The translations under genes and the position numbers were made by a program. Below the pieces are notes generated by a model. The model saw only the letters and a list, made by a program, of their open reading frames with translations. It made no database searches and was not told where the DNA came from. Shown here in pieces: positions 36,141 to 45,326 of a stretch of DNA of 45,452 bases. The DNA lies in the IMG/VR virus record IMGVR_UViG_3300034682_000426, positions 1-45,452 of that record; one strand, 5' to 3'. This DNA comes from a virus. Taxonomy: Duplodnaviria; Caudoviricetes. The first letter of the stretch is position 1; every line of letters starts with the position of its first letter.

Positions 36141-36479
36141 ATGGATGCACAAGCACGCCGCCGCGAACGCCGCGCAGAGAAACAGGCCGAATGGAAAGCT
36201 GCAAATCCCCTGTTAGTTGGGGTGAGCGCCAAGCCAGATAACCGCCCTGTTCTGTCGCTGAATCGCAAGCCGAAATCACGTGTAGAAAGCGCTGTGAACC
36301 CGATTAACTTCACTGAGCTGACTGAGTATCGGGAAGGCATGGAAAACCGCGCAGAACTCATCAGGGTCAAGATTGACCGCAAGAATCACCGCACCTGGTA
36401 CAGCAAGCCCAGCACCGAGAGGGGCGTTACCTGCACCGGGCGCCAGAAAATGAAAGGCAAATCCATCGCATTAATCTGA
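36141..36479 (+). CDS. N: Antitermination protein N (lambda-type)
   Basis: MDAQARRRERRAEKQAEWKAANPLLVGVSAKP arginine-rich motif. Confidence 0.95.
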   Translation: MDAQARRRERRAEKQAEWKAANPLLVGVSAKPDNRPVLSLNRKPKSRVESAVNPINFTELTEYREGMENRAELIRVKIDRKNHRTWYSKPSTERGVTCTGRQKMKGKSIALI

Positions 36480-36487
36480 GGTGGCCC

Positions 36488-36646
36488 ATGAAGAACATCA
36501 TCAAGTGCCCGGTATGCGGTAGAGACTTCGATCCACGCACACCGGTCTGCCACATCAGCAAGTATCACCAGTCAGCGAAGAACTGCGAGCTGGAGAAGAT
36601 TCGCGATGCACGGCGTCAGCATTTCAACCAGCTCCCCAGAGGCTGA
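36488..36646 (+). CDS. 52-aa C2H2-like zinc finger protein
   Basis: GAGG RBS; KCPVCG...CHISKYH. Confidence 0.65.
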   Translation: MKNIIKCPVCGRDFDPRTPVCHISKYHQSAKNCELEKIRDARRQHFNQLPRG

Positions 36647-36670
36647 CGGTAAACAAACAGAGAGGTGGGT

Positions 36671-36835
36671 ATGAAATTAATTGATATGCACGAAAGTGTG
36701 CAGGCGGTTGCAGCTGAGTCGCTGGCTACGGCCTTACGGGAAAGGGTAAATCTGATGGCGGATGACCGGACGGAGTCGGCAAAGCAAGTAGCAGAAACCG
36801 TCCGGGAGGCGTTTGAGTCACTATTCAGTGATTAG
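36671..36835 (+). CDS. 54-aa hypothetical protein
   Basis: GAGG RBS; MKLIDMHESVQ...FESLFSD. Confidence 0.6.
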   Translation: MKLIDMHESVQAVAAESLATALRERVNLMADDRTESAKQVAETVREAFESLFSD

Positions 36836-37005
36836 CTGTTGTGTTTTTCACGGTACCCGTCAAGCAGCTTCGAATAGAGCTCGTTGATTTCTTTTGCGGT
36901 GGTTTCGGCATCGTAAAATGTAATTTTACCAGCGCGGATCAGCTCGATAATAACCTGTTGCGCGGCACCAGAGCGATTGGTGCTAGGGGCAATTGTATCT
37001 GACAT
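36832..37005 (-). CDS. 57-aa hypothetical protein antisense to the PL operon
   Basis: AAGGA RBS; MSDTIAPSTNRSGAAQQVIIELIRAGKI...; stop overlaps the convergent gene. Confidence 0.65.
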   Translation of the reverse strand: MSDTIAPSTNRSGAAQQVIIELIRAGKITFYDAETTAKEINELYSKLLDGYREKHNS

Positions 37006-37008
37006 TTT

Positions 37009-37076
37009 ATTTCCTTGTTTTGACTGTGGAAACAGCAGTCTACGGCATTCCTTTGACTGTGGAAAGTAAAGGAAAT
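37009..37076. repeat. Twin-hairpin element with a 14-bp direct repeat
   Basis: TTTGACTGTGGAAA at 37019-32 and 37052-65, bracketed by the ATTTCCTT/AAGGAAAT inverted repeat. Confidence 0.75.
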
Positions 37077-37119
37077 CACGCGCCGGGCGTGGCTAAACAT
37101 CCCGGCACCAATCATCGCG

Positions 37120-37144
37120 AAGCCGCCTAACCAGCGGCTTTTTT
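37120..37144 (+). terminator. tL-like terminator
   Basis: AAGCCGC-CTAACCA-GCGGC followed by T6. Confidence 0.8.
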
Positions 37145-37272
37145 CATACCTCAGAAACTTCATAGAGGTTTCTAAGTTATGAGACGGCGGCCATCCACCG
37201 CCAACATTTTTGTCTTGCGCATATATGCGTAGGGGTAACGTTCAGCGGCGCGGCTTAAGCGCGGAGATGATT

Positions 37273-37503
37273 ATGAGCAAACAAGTTGCAGAAGCAAAAA
37301 TTCTTTACGCCAACGACACATATTTTGTCGAAGGCTCAATTCTTCCGGTGTTTCTCAACGAAGAAGGCGATACATACCTGGTTGAAGAATACGAGCCCGG
37401 GCAGCCTTGCGAGCACTTGATCAGCGACCTTCTTGCTGACGGCGTTGCTGTATCAGTATGCCCAATCGGTTACAACGCCATCGGTAGCGCGGAGGCCTCA
37501 TGA
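37273..37503 (+). CDS. Acidic hypothetical protein
   Basis: GGAG RBS; MSKQVAEAKILY... Confidence 0.65.
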   Translation: MSKQVAEAKILYANDTYFVEGSILPVFLNEEGDTYLVEEYEPGQPCEHLISDLLADGVAVSVCPIGYNAIGSAEAS

Positions 37504-37658
37504 CAGTCACCCACAACGGCAAGCAGTACAGGGTACGACAGTTTACGGGGAATGTATGGCGGTTAACGTCGGTCGATAAGCCGCGCGAATCCATAACCCT
37601 GAACCGTCAGCAGATGGCGTATGCCGGGTTGCTTGAGCAGGTGGAGGGTAAGTCATGA
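37500..37658 (+). CDS. 52-aa hypothetical protein
   Basis: GGAGG RBS; MTVTHNGKQY...; ATGA overlaps on both sides. Confidence 0.65.
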   Translation: MTVTHNGKQYRVRQFTGNVWRLTSVDKPRESITLNRQQMAYAGLLEQVEGKS

Positions 37659-37867
37659 TTGGGACGCACTACGGCACCACCCCTATCATTCGCCAGTGTA
37701 TCGAGCCTGGCATGATGGCGCTGCATGAAGGCCGCACCTACCGCGTGTCAGCTGTCATCCACGAACGCAAATGGGTGTACCTGCACACCGACGCGGAAAT
37801 CATCCGGGTTAACGACCGCGTGATTGACGTACTGCTCGACGGCACCGGCCAACCAATTCAGCACTAA
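37655..37867 (+). CDS. kilR: KilR-like cell division inhibitor
   Basis: HYGTTPIIRQCIEPG...HEGRTY...DRVIDV resembles Rac KilR (HFGTDEIPRQCVTPG...HEGRTY). Confidence 0.75.
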   Translation: MIGTHYGTTPIIRQCIEPGMMALHEGRTYRVSAVIHERKWVYLHTDAEIIRVNDRVIDVLLDGTGQPIQH

Positions 37868-37939
37868 TCCCCCACCCAATTTCACATCTGGCAGCCAATC
37901 GGTGCCGGGTGACGCACAAGCAGATTTCAGGAGTAACCC

Positions 37940-38944
37940 ATGAGTGAAGCAACGGATTTAGTCGTCATCGAGAAGTCGAACGCGATGGCAGTCTTTACCA
38001 GCAAAGAACAGCTCGACCCGCTTCTCGAGAAAATCGAGACAGAGGCCCGCAGTCTGATACCAGACCTGACCACGAAGAAAGGTCGCGATGCCATCGCATC
38101 AATGGCCCATAAGGTCGCCCGCTCGAAAACGTACATCGACAACGCTGGTAAAGACCTCGTTGCCGAGCTCAAGGCATTGCCCAAGCAGATCGACGAAAGC
38201 CGCCGAATTGTTCGTGAACGACTCGATGCACTGAAAGACGAAGTGCGCCGCCCGCTGACTGAGTGGGAGGCCGAGCAGGAGCGCATCAAGGCCGAAGAGG
38301 AAATGAATGCCTGGCATGCCGAAGCTCTGGAGATGAACGCAGAGTTCGATCGCCAGCTGGCAGCACGACGCGAAGCAGACCATGAAATGGCCCTGCTGAT
38401 GAATGACAAGTTCGACCGGGATCGGGAAGAACAGCGCCGCCTGGCAGAACAGGCCCGGCGTGACCGTGAAGAGCAGATTAAGCGTGAAGCCGCTGAACAG
38501 GCCAAGCGTGAAGCGGAAGAGAGGCACCGCGCTGAAATGGAAGCGGCCTCCCGCCGCGAAGCAGAAGCCCGTGCGGCGACCGAGCGTGCGGAACGGGAAG
38601 CGCGTGAAGCTCAGGAACGTACCGCCCGGCTGGCACAGGAAGCTCGCGAGCAGGCTGAACGTGAGAAGCAGGCAGCCATTGAAGCCGAGCAGCGCAAAGC
38701 CCGTGAAGAAGCGGATCGCATTAAGCGTGAGGCTGAGCAGAAAGAAGCGACCCGACTGGCGGAAGAGAAACGCATCGCCGATGAAACCGCGAAACGTGAA
38801 GCTGACGTGAAACACCGTAAAGCCGTTGGCACCGACATCGTCAATGCCCTGATGGCGAATACCAGCCTCACCCGCGAACAGGCCATCGAGGTACTTACTG
38901 TTCTGAAAGATGGCCTGATCCCCCGAGCCAAAATTAACTACTGA
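37940..38944 (+). CDS. Long coiled-coil phage protein (often labelled TolA-like)
   Basis: PDLTTKKGRDAIASMAHKVARSKT N-domain and E/R/A-rich coil. Confidence 0.8.
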   Translation: MSEATDLVVIEKSNAMAVFTSKEQLDPLLEKIETEARSLIPDLTTKKGRDAIASMAHKVARSKTYIDNAGKDLVAELKALPKQIDESRRIVRERLDALKDEVRRPLTEWEAEQERIKAEEEMNAWHAEALEMNAEFDRQLAARREADHEMALLMNDKFDRDREEQRRLAEQARRDREEQIKREAAEQAKREAEERHRAEMEAASRREAEARAATERAEREAREAQERTARLAQEAREQAEREKQAAIEAEQRKAREEADRIKREAEQKEATRLAEEKRIADETAKREADVKHRKAVGTDIVNALMANTSLTREQAIEVLTVLKDGLIPRAKINY

Positions 38945-38952
38945 GGTAACCC

Positions 38953-39123
38953 ATGGCAGCTGAAACCACAGAGAAAGGCAGCCTGTTACAGCGCCGCATT
39001 TATACGCAGCAGGCTCTCTACTTCCGCTTTAAGGGTGGCCGGGATCAGATGCGAATGTACCTGAACTTGTCCCGCCTTGAAGTGTTGAACAAACGTTATT
39101 TCCTCGGGGGATGCCCCTTCTAA
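38953..39123 (+). CDS. 56-aa protein preceding the recombinase
   Basis: GAGG RBS; ends GGCPF. Confidence 0.65.
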   Translation: MAAETTEKGSLLQRRIYTQQALYFRFKGGRDQMRMYLNLSRLEVLNKRYFLGGCPF

Positions 39124-39135
39124 AAGGTACACACT

Positions 39136-40008
39136 ATGAAATTCGAAAAAGCCATGAGAAAGAAAGCCAGGCTACGGCTGGCACTTACCGGGCCAAGCGG
39201 TTCAGGCAAGACCTACAGCGCGTTGCTGGTCGCCAAAGGTATCGGCGGCAAGGTCGCTTTCATCGACACCGAAAAGGGCAGCGCGTCGCTTTATTCCGAT
39301 ATCGCTGACTTTGACGTGCTTGAACTGGATCCGCCCTTCTCTCCCGAGCGATTCATTGAGGCGATTAAGTCAGCCGAGGATGCCGGGTACGAAACGCTGA
39401 TCCTCGACAGCATCACCCATGAATGGGGCGGCGTCGGCGGATGTCTGGAACTGGTCGACACCATCGCCAAGGCAAGGTACCGCGGCAACAGCTGGTCAGC
39501 ATGGAGCGAGATTAATCCTCGCCACCGTCTGTTCCTCGACGCAATTTTGCGTTCGCCAATGCACATCATCGCAACCATGCGTAGCAAGACTGAAACGGCA
39601 CAGGTAGAAGAGAACGGCCGCAAGAAGGTCGCCAAGCTTGGCATGAAGTCTGAACAGCGCGACGGCGTCGAATATGAGTTCACTACGGTGCTGGACATTG
39701 CCCACGAAACACACCATGCGATCGCCAGTAAAGACCGTACAAAGCTGTTCTCTAACTCCGACCCGGTAATCCTCAGCGAAGACACCGGTAAGCGCCTGCT
39801 GGAATGGCTTGAATCCGGCGTTAACCAGCACGAAGAAAATCTCAAACAGTTCGTTGCTGATGCGAAAGTTGCCGCAGATATGGAAGCTCTCAAGCCTCTA
39901 TTCGAAGAAGCATGGCGAACACTGCGCGGCACCGAATATCAGGCAAAAGCGAAAGTTGTCTATGACATCAGGAAATCAGAACTCGAACAGGCAGGAGCAG
40001 CAGCATGA
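39136..40008 (+). CDS. sak4: Sak4-like ssDNA-annealing ATPase
   Basis: [22 protein letters not shown] and EYEF motifs; adjacent to ssb. Confidence 0.85.
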   Translation: MKFEKAMRKKARLRLALTGPSGSGKTYSALLVAKGIGGKVAFIDTEKGSASLYSDIADFDVLELDPPFSPERFIEAIKSAEDAGYETLILDSITHEWGGVGGCLELVDTIAKARYRGNSWSAWSEINPRHRLFLDAILRSPMHIIATMRSKTETAQVEENGRKKVAKLGMKSEQRDGVEYEFTTVLDIAHETHHAIASKDRTKLFSNSDPVILSEDTGKRLLEWLESGVNQHEENLKQFVADAKVAADMEALKPLFEEAWRTLRGTEYQAKAKVVYDIRKSELEQAGAAA

Positions 40009-40511
40009 GCAGCAGAGGCGTTAACAAGGCAATCATCGTTGGGCGATTGGGTCAGGATCCGGAAGTGCGTTATGCACCTTCCGGTGCTGCATTTGCAAAC
40101 CTCACGGTAGCCACGTCGGAGCAATGGCGCGACAAACAGACCGGGGAGCTGAAAGAGCAAACAGAATGGCACCGCGTAGTGCTGAGCGGGAAGCTGGCAG
40201 AAGTGGCTGGCGAATATCTTCGCAAGGGTTCTGAGGTGTACCTGGAGGGGAAACTTCGGACTCGCAAATGGACTGATCAATCAGGCGTGGAGAAATACAC
40301 TACCGAGGTTCTGGTCGGCGTAGGCGGCACCATGCAGATGATTGGCGGCCGGCAGGATGCAGGCGCTCAGCAGAGCGGTGGACAGCAGCAGAGTAGCGGA
40401 TGGGGTAAGCCCCATATGCCTCAAGGCGGCTCGCAGTCTCGGCAGCAGCCTTCCACGCCATCGAAACAAAATGAGCCGCCGACTGACTTCGATGACGATA
40501 TCCCTTTTTAA
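40005..40511 (+). CDS. ssb: Single-stranded DNA-binding protein
   Basis: [17 protein letters not shown] start and DFDDDIPF tail. Confidence 0.97.
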   Translation: MSSRGVNKAIIVGRLGQDPEVRYAPSGAAFANLTVATSEQWRDKQTGELKEQTEWHRVVLSGKLAEVAGEYLRKGSEVYLEGKLRTRKWTDQSGVEKYTTEVLVGVGGTMQMIGGRQDAGAQQSGGQQQSSGWGKPHMPQGGSQSRQQPSTPSKQNEPPTDFDDDIPF

Positions 40512-40525
40512 CCAGGGCCGGGCTG

Positions 40526-40702
40526 ATGATTATCGTCGTCACCACCACGGAGAAGAACGAAAAGACCGGCCAGATGGAACTGCTCGCCTCTCATGGCGTT
40601 GAAGAGCTCACTGGCCGGCAATTAGTCCTCCCGGCCGAACACCCGAAGGAAATCGGCGCCCATTACAGCGACGAACTTCAGTCCTGGGTAATCCACCCCT
40701 AG
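40526..40702 (+). CDS. 58-aa hypothetical protein
   Basis: Fills the gap after ssb; MIIVVTTTEK...WVIHP. Confidence 0.55.
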   Translation: MIIVVTTTEKNEKTGQMELLASHGVEELTGRQLVLPAEHPKEIGAHYSDELQSWVIHP

Positions 40703-40758
40703 CAACTACCACCCAATTTCACCTCACGGAGGCGGGTTAACCACACCCGCAATTCGCT

Positions 40759-41088
40759 ATGCACCACATATCTGGCAGACGCCTTTACTCGAAAGAGACG
40801 CTTTTCCAGCTGCTCAGCGTTGATGAGCGCAACTTCATTGCAGCTTACTGGACCGGCGTTAACCCGGGCGACGGATGTTTCAACGCCGGGATTAACCTGG
40901 TGACGCACGAAGCGTTCTACGCAGGCTGGGGTGGCTCGCTGGAAGAGAAAAGCGAGTACATCACTGCTGCTGAGCTGGAGATGGTGAAGGAGATGTGTGA
41001 TGCGACGCCGTGGGGCGCTAAGTTTGGCGGGAAGTGCCTGGGTGGGACGGAATACAGACTTAAACCTGAAATGAGGGTGACACAATGA
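40759..41088 (+). CDS. Hypothetical protein
   Basis: 109-aa ORF co-oriented; ATGA overlap downstream. Confidence 0.65.
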   Translation: MHHISGRRLYSKETLFQLLSVDERNFIAAYWTGVNPGDGCFNAGINLVTHEAFYAGWGGSLEEKSEYITAAELEMVKEMCDATPWGAKFGGKCLGGTEYRLKPEMRVTQ

Positions 41089-41243
41089 AACACGCTCACG
41101 ACGACATAGTAGTTCACGGACTTCGCCTGACATTCATTGTTGGGCCTAACGGCTGGCTGATGCCATGGGGTGATGTTATCCGCAACCCACTCAAGGCGCA
41201 GAGGCTGGCTGAAGAATATCTCAACAGGCAGGAGGCAGCATGA
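41085..41243 (+). CDS. DUF1317-like protein (lambda orf60a-like)
   Basis: MKHAHDDIVV...GW...NPLKAQRLAE. Confidence 0.7.
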   Translation: MKHAHDDIVVHGLRLTFIVGPNGWLMPWGDVIRNPLKAQRLAEEYLNRQEAA

Positions 41244-41791
41244 CCGATTACACCGGAAGTAACACGCCTGTAGATCAGCGTGATTTATGGCGCACGCCAC
41301 CGGCACTGTTCGCCGCGTTGGATGCTGAGTTCTGCTTTCAACTTGACGCCGCCGCAGCGCCGCACAACACGCTGTGTCGAAAGTTCATCACCGCTGAGCA
41401 GAACACGCTGGAAACGCCTTGGGCCGACCACCTCACTATTCCCGGCTATGCCTGGCTTAACCCACCTTACAGCGACATCACGCCATTCGTGAAAAAATCC
41501 GCGGCGGAGAGCAAGAATCAGATCGGCACCGTCATGCTGGTTCCGGCTGATACGTCCGTCGGCTGGTTCCGTGAGGCTATCGAGACTGCCAGCGAGGTGC
41601 GATTCATCACCGCCGGGCGGCTGGCATTCATCAACCCGGTCACCGGTAAGCCTGTTCCTGGTAATAACAAAGGGTCGATGCTCATCATCTGGCGCCCATA
41701 CCCGCGCACACACTGCCACTTCGCAACTGTGGATCGGGATGAGTTGATGACTTTCGGAGCGAAACTTCTCGCCCGCCGGGAGGCCGCATGA
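41240..41791 (+). CDS. dam: Phage N6-adenine DNA methyltransferase (phage Dam family)
   Basis: DLWRTPP, FQLDAAA and LNPPYS motifs. Confidence 0.92.
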   Translation: MTDYTGSNTPVDQRDLWRTPPALFAALDAEFCFQLDAAAAPHNTLCRKFITAEQNTLETPWADHLTIPGYAWLNPPYSDITPFVKKSAAESKNQIGTVMLVPADTSVGWFREAIETASEVRFITAGRLAFINPVTGKPVPGNNKGSMLIIWRPYPRTHCHFATVDRDELMTFGAKLLARREAA

Positions 41792-42012
41792 AGAAGATGA
41801 CCGTTGAGCAGGAGAACGTGATGCTTTCTACCGCAAAGCGCTGCAGCGATGAGATGAAGGCCGAATTGGCGAAGAAGCCAAAGCCAAAATTCGACGCCGT
41901 GAGCAGGCCGCTACTGGCTAAGCACTTCGAGAAGATAAAGGGACTTGGCGTCCCTTTTTTATTATTCGTCTACACGATTGGTCGGATCAACGGCCAGTTC
42001 AGGGAGCACTGA
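41788..42012 (+). CDS. Hypothetical protein
   Basis: 74 aa, GGAGG RBS, coupled to the upstream gene. Confidence 0.65.
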   Translation: MKKMTVEQENVMLSTAKRCSDEMKAELAKKPKPKFDAVSRPLLAKHFEKIKGLGVPFLLFVYTIGRINGQFREH

Positions 42013-42014
42013 CC

Positions 42015-42209
42015 ATGAGCGAAGAAATTAAGCCGTGCCCGTTTTGCGGATCCGCTGCCCAGTGGCTTAACCATCAATTCAATGGAATAGATTTTGGCGG
42101 CCATCAGATAGCTTGCTTAAACCCATCATGCCAAGCGCAAGGTCGCTACTCAGGGCAAAAACATAAGGCCCTTGCCGCTTGGAATAACCGAGTGGAGAAA
42201 CAGTCATGA
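42015..42209 (+). CDS. Lar-family restriction alleviation protein
   Basis: KPCPFCG...C..C...AAWNNR pattern. Confidence 0.75.
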   Translation: MSEEIKPCPFCGSAAQWLNHQFNGIDFGGHQIACLNPSCQAQGRYSGQKHKALAAWNNRVEKQS

Positions 42210-42424
42210 CTGAAATCATCGACCAGGCCAGCGCTCTCGAAACGATGATGCGCGAACAAGCAATACAGGCTCACCGGATTAACCGTGATGCGGTATCTGC
42301 GGTTAAGTGCGAGGAATGTGGTGACCGCTTGCCGGAGGCTCGCCGGAAAGCGTATCCGGGCTGCACTACCTGTGTCAGCTGTCAGGAAGAGTGGGAAATT
42401 TTAATCAGGCAAAGGAGGGGATGA
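42206..42424 (+). CDS. TraR/DksA C4 zinc-finger protein
   Basis: EIIDQAS...CEECG...ARRKAYPGCTTCVSCQ. Confidence 0.9.
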   Translation: MTEIIDQASALETMMREQAIQAHRINRDAVSAVKCEECGDRLPEARRKAYPGCTTCVSCQEEWEILIRQRRG

Positions 42425-42645
42425 TGAAAGAGTTAATGACCAATCGCGAGCTTGTTGATGCCGCAATAGAACTGGCCGGGGAGTTTTACGCCATGCAGGG
42501 ATATTCGCACCGTCCTGGCTTTGAGTATTGGAAGTCACCTCACCCCCATGAACGTCTGTGCTTTGAAATGGCTTGCCGGGCGTTTGAGATGATTCGCGGC
42601 TCCGATGTGATGGATGCTGTGGCTGATTTGGAGGATGAAGAGTGA
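42421..42645 (+). CDS. Hypothetical protein
   Basis: GGAGG RBS; coupled ORF. Confidence 0.65.
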   Translation: MMKELMTNRELVDAAIELAGEFYAMQGYSHRPGFEYWKSPHPHERLCFEMACRAFEMIRGSDVMDAVADLEDEE

Positions 42646-42983
42646 TCGGAATATTAAAGCCAGTACCGCAGTCGCAATGGCCGGTGCGATGTCACGACCC
42701 GAAGCGCAGCAATGTGTGGGTTAATGCATATTTTCTGGTGCAGGAATTTCAGGAAGAGAACGGCGTTATCCGCCTTTCGGTGAATACAACGAGCGTTGCC
42801 AGTTCTGGCCGGTGGAAGGATGGAATTAGCTGGGATGCGCTGCAGGAGATTAAAAACGCGGTTGGTTATGCGGATCGGGATGCTGTGGAGATTTACCCGC
42901 GGGATGCTGACGTGGTGAATGTAGCCAACATGCGGCACCTCTGGATTACGCCGGAACCACTTACCTTTGCCTGGCGCAAATAA
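42642..42983 (+). CDS. Conserved phage hypothetical protein
   Basis: ISWDALQEIK...AVEIYP...VVNVANMRHLW motif. Confidence 0.7.
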   Translation: MIGILKPVPQSQWPVRCHDPKRSNVWVNAYFLVQEFQEENGVIRLSVNTTSVASSGRWKDGISWDALQEIKNAVGYADRDAVEIYPRDADVVNVANMRHLWITPEPLTFAWRK

Positions 42984-43026
42984 ACAACGTTGGCTTCGCG
43001 CTATGCGTGCGGCATGAGGAGAGATT

Positions 43027-43644
43027 ATGTCAGACCAAAGCAAATTTTATGATTACTACATGGTTGAGGGCGATGAAGTGAAGTCGCTTATTGCAGGGTA
43101 TGACGATATCAGAGAGCAGCGTAACTCTATTCTCCCTGAAGCGGCCGGAAAGGTCGGCGCTATTGCGTGGACAACATCCAGCGGATGGGGTGGAGGAGGC
43201 GGCTTGCTTAGTGGGTTTGTGTGGGAGAAGGGATATCAATTCCCCTGCCCTATGACCATTAAGCGTGAAGAGATGTTTGATGGTAAGCGAGTAGTGCTTG
43301 GGAGAGGGAAAGGGAATACAAAAGAGGGCCGGGCTTACAACAAAGAACTCGACTCGGTAATGGAGGAAGCCAACAAAAAGCTGAAATCTCTGCCTGAGTG
43401 GAAAGACTACATCGTTAACCACTACGGCATTATGCGAACCGGCATCGGCGGCCAGTCTGGACGTGGCTTCGGTTTCGCGATGCTCTCTACATATGGAGGT
43501 AAGCACCCGGGTCGTGATGACTGCTTGGTATTCGCTATCCCAAACAACAAAGAAGAGCGGCACGGCGAAGTGGAGATACCGGACAACTTCCAGAAAATAA
43601 CCTACGGGCAGTTTTACGACATCGCTAACCAGCCGAATGAATGA
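43027..43644 (+). CDS. EaC-like protein
   Basis: 205 aa upstream of xis; MSDQSKFYDYYMVEG...ITYGQFYD. Confidence 0.65.
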   Translation: MSDQSKFYDYYMVEGDEVKSLIAGYDDIREQRNSILPEAAGKVGAIAWTTSSGWGGGGGLLSGFVWEKGYQFPCPMTIKREEMFDGKRVVLGRGKGNTKEGRAYNKELDSVMEEANKKLKSLPEWKDYIVNHYGIMRTGIGGQSGRGFGFAMLSTYGGKHPGRDDCLVFAIPNNKEERHGEVEIPDNFQKITYGQFYDIANQPNE

Positions 43645-43754
43645 CGCAACTGATAGCCGGCTCCATCGCGTCGGCTATTGGGTGCGAATGCACTGCCACG
43701 TTATCCCCCTTTCAGCCCTCCATTGCGAGGGCTTCTTTTTGCCTGGAGAAAACC

Positions 43755-44003
43755 ATGAGCGACATTATTCAGCTGGTACCGAACAAATGGGTTTCTGAGG
43801 AGCTGCTGATCGCACTTACCGGCCTGACAAAGAACGCGATTAAGTCAGCCCGCACCCTGTCATGGATGGAGGGGCGCGAGTACAAGCACTACTCCGGCGA
43901 CTGCCAGCCGAAGGATAACTCCCCTATCCTCTATAACCGTCACGAGGTGGATAACTGGGTAGAGCGTCAGCGCCCGGCGATCCCCCGCCAGAAATCTGCT
44001 TAA
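43755..44003 (+). CDS. xis: Excisionase (DUF1233-like)
   Basis: PNKWVSEELLIALTGL...WMEGREYKH...YN...VDNWVE; GGAG RBS; upstream of int. Confidence 0.85.
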   Translation: MSDIIQLVPNKWVSEELLIALTGLTKNAIKSARTLSWMEGREYKHYSGDCQPKDNSPILYNRHEVDNWVERQRPAIPRQKSA

Positions 44004-44034
44004 ATAGCCATACCTTTAACAGAGAGGAAAAGGC

Positions 44035-45321
44035 ATGTCTAAATATCCAACCGGGGTTGAGAACCACGGCGGCACATTGCGCCTGTGGTTTATCTATAAA
44101 GGGGTCAGGGTCAGGGAAGGCCTTGGCGTTCCGGATACACCAAAAAACAGGAAGGTTGCTGGCGAGCTTCGCACATCAATATGCTATGCGATCAAGACCG
44201 GCACCTTCATCTATTCGTCTCAGTTTCCTAACTCAAAAAATCTGCAGCGTTTTGGAGAGGCAAGGCGGGAGGTGACGATAGGAGAGCTGGCCGGAAGGTG
44301 GCTCGTTTTGAAGGAAATGGAGGTGGCTGAATCATCGCTAAATACTTATGCTCGCGTGATTGCTAATGTCATGGCTATCATTGGCCCAGGCGCCCTTCTT
44401 TCTTCAATATCAAAAGAGAGCATACTGGAAGTTAGAAAGGAATTGCTGACCGGTTATCAGGTCATGAAGAAGGGACATAAAACGGCAAAGAGGGGTCGAT
44501 CCTCAGTCACTGTGAACAACTACATGACCGTGTTGTTCGGCATCTTCCAGTTTGCGGTTGAAAATGGGTATATCTCAAGGTCACCAATGACGGGTGTCAC
44601 ACCTCTTCGAGAGTCCCGCCCTGATCCTGACCCTATCACCAGAGAAGAATTCCCACGCCTTATAGACGCCTGCCACCATCAGCAGAGTAAAAATCTTTGG
44701 GCTATCGCCGTTTACACCGGATTGCGGCCGGGTGAACTGTGCGGGCTTGCCTGGGAGGATGTGGACTTAAAGGCGGGGACTATCACCGTCAGAAGAAGCC
44801 TGACGCAGAAAGGGATATTCACGCTGCCGAAAACCAATGCTGGCACTAACCGGGTTGTGCACCTGATCGAGCCTGCACTCGAGGCGTTCAAAAGCCAGTA
44901 TGAAATGACCCGCCTCTCACAGGAGCATAACGTAGCCGTTAAGCTGAGGGAGTACGGAAAGAAAGAGTTCAGTAAGTGCACGTTCGTCTTCCTGCCGTCG
45001 CTGACAGCCAGGGCCGGGAATTACGGCAAGCACTTCTCCATCAATTCCATAGGGAACTCGTGGGATGCAGCGATGAAAAGAGCCGGGCTTCGCCACCGGA
45101 AATCTTATCAGTCGAGACACACCTATGCATGCTGGTCACTTTCGGCAGGAGCAAACCCGAACTTCATTGCTAACCAGATGGGCCATGCCGATGCTCAAAT
45201 GGTTTTTCAGGTTTACGGAAAGTGGATGGAGGAAAACAACCTGGACCAGATAGCATTGTTGAGCTCAAAATTAAGCGACTTTGCCCCAACGATGCCCCAC
45301 AGCAACAGGCCTGCTGCATAA
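44035..45321 (+). CDS. int: Tyrosine integrase with N-terminal arm-binding domain (IntQ-like)
   Basis: YPTGVENHGG N-domain; TGLRPGEL, YQSRHTYA, QMGH and VYGKW catalytic motifs. Confidence 0.95.
   Translation: MSKYPTGVENHGGTLRLWFIYKGVRVREGLGVPDTPKNRKVAGELRTSICYAIKTGTFIYSSQFPNSKNLQRFGEARREVTIGELAGRWLVLKEMEVAESSLNTYARVIANVMAIIGPGALLSSISKESILEVRKELLTGYQVMKKGHKTAKRGRSSVTVNNYMTVLFGIFQFAVENGYISRSPMTGVTPLRESRPDPDPITREEFPRLIDACHHQQSKNLWAIAVYTGLRPGELCGLAWEDVDLKAGTITVRRSLTQKGIFTLPKTNAGTNRVVHLIEPALEAFKSQYEMTRLSQEHNVAVKLREYGKKEFSKCTFVFLPSLTARAGNYGKHFSINSIGNSWDAAMKRAGLRHRKSYQSRHTYACWSLSAGANPNFIANQMGHADAQMVFQVYGKWMEENNLDQIALLSSKLSDFAPTMPHSNRPAA
45280..45299 (+). repeat. TGCCCCA repeats, candidate arm-type sites (right arm)
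   Basis: 19/20 match to 120-139. Confidence 0.55.
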
Positions 45322-45326
45322 TATCT

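Noticed and set aside
37009-37076. Mini-CRISPR array
   Set aside because: Only two 14-bp repeats with a 19-bp gap and no cas genes; better explained as RNA hairpins.
38280-38810. Repetitive GAAGC/CGTGAA-rich DNA
   Set aside because: Explained by the E/R/A-rich coiled-coil protein; not a true TolA and not a DNA repeat element.
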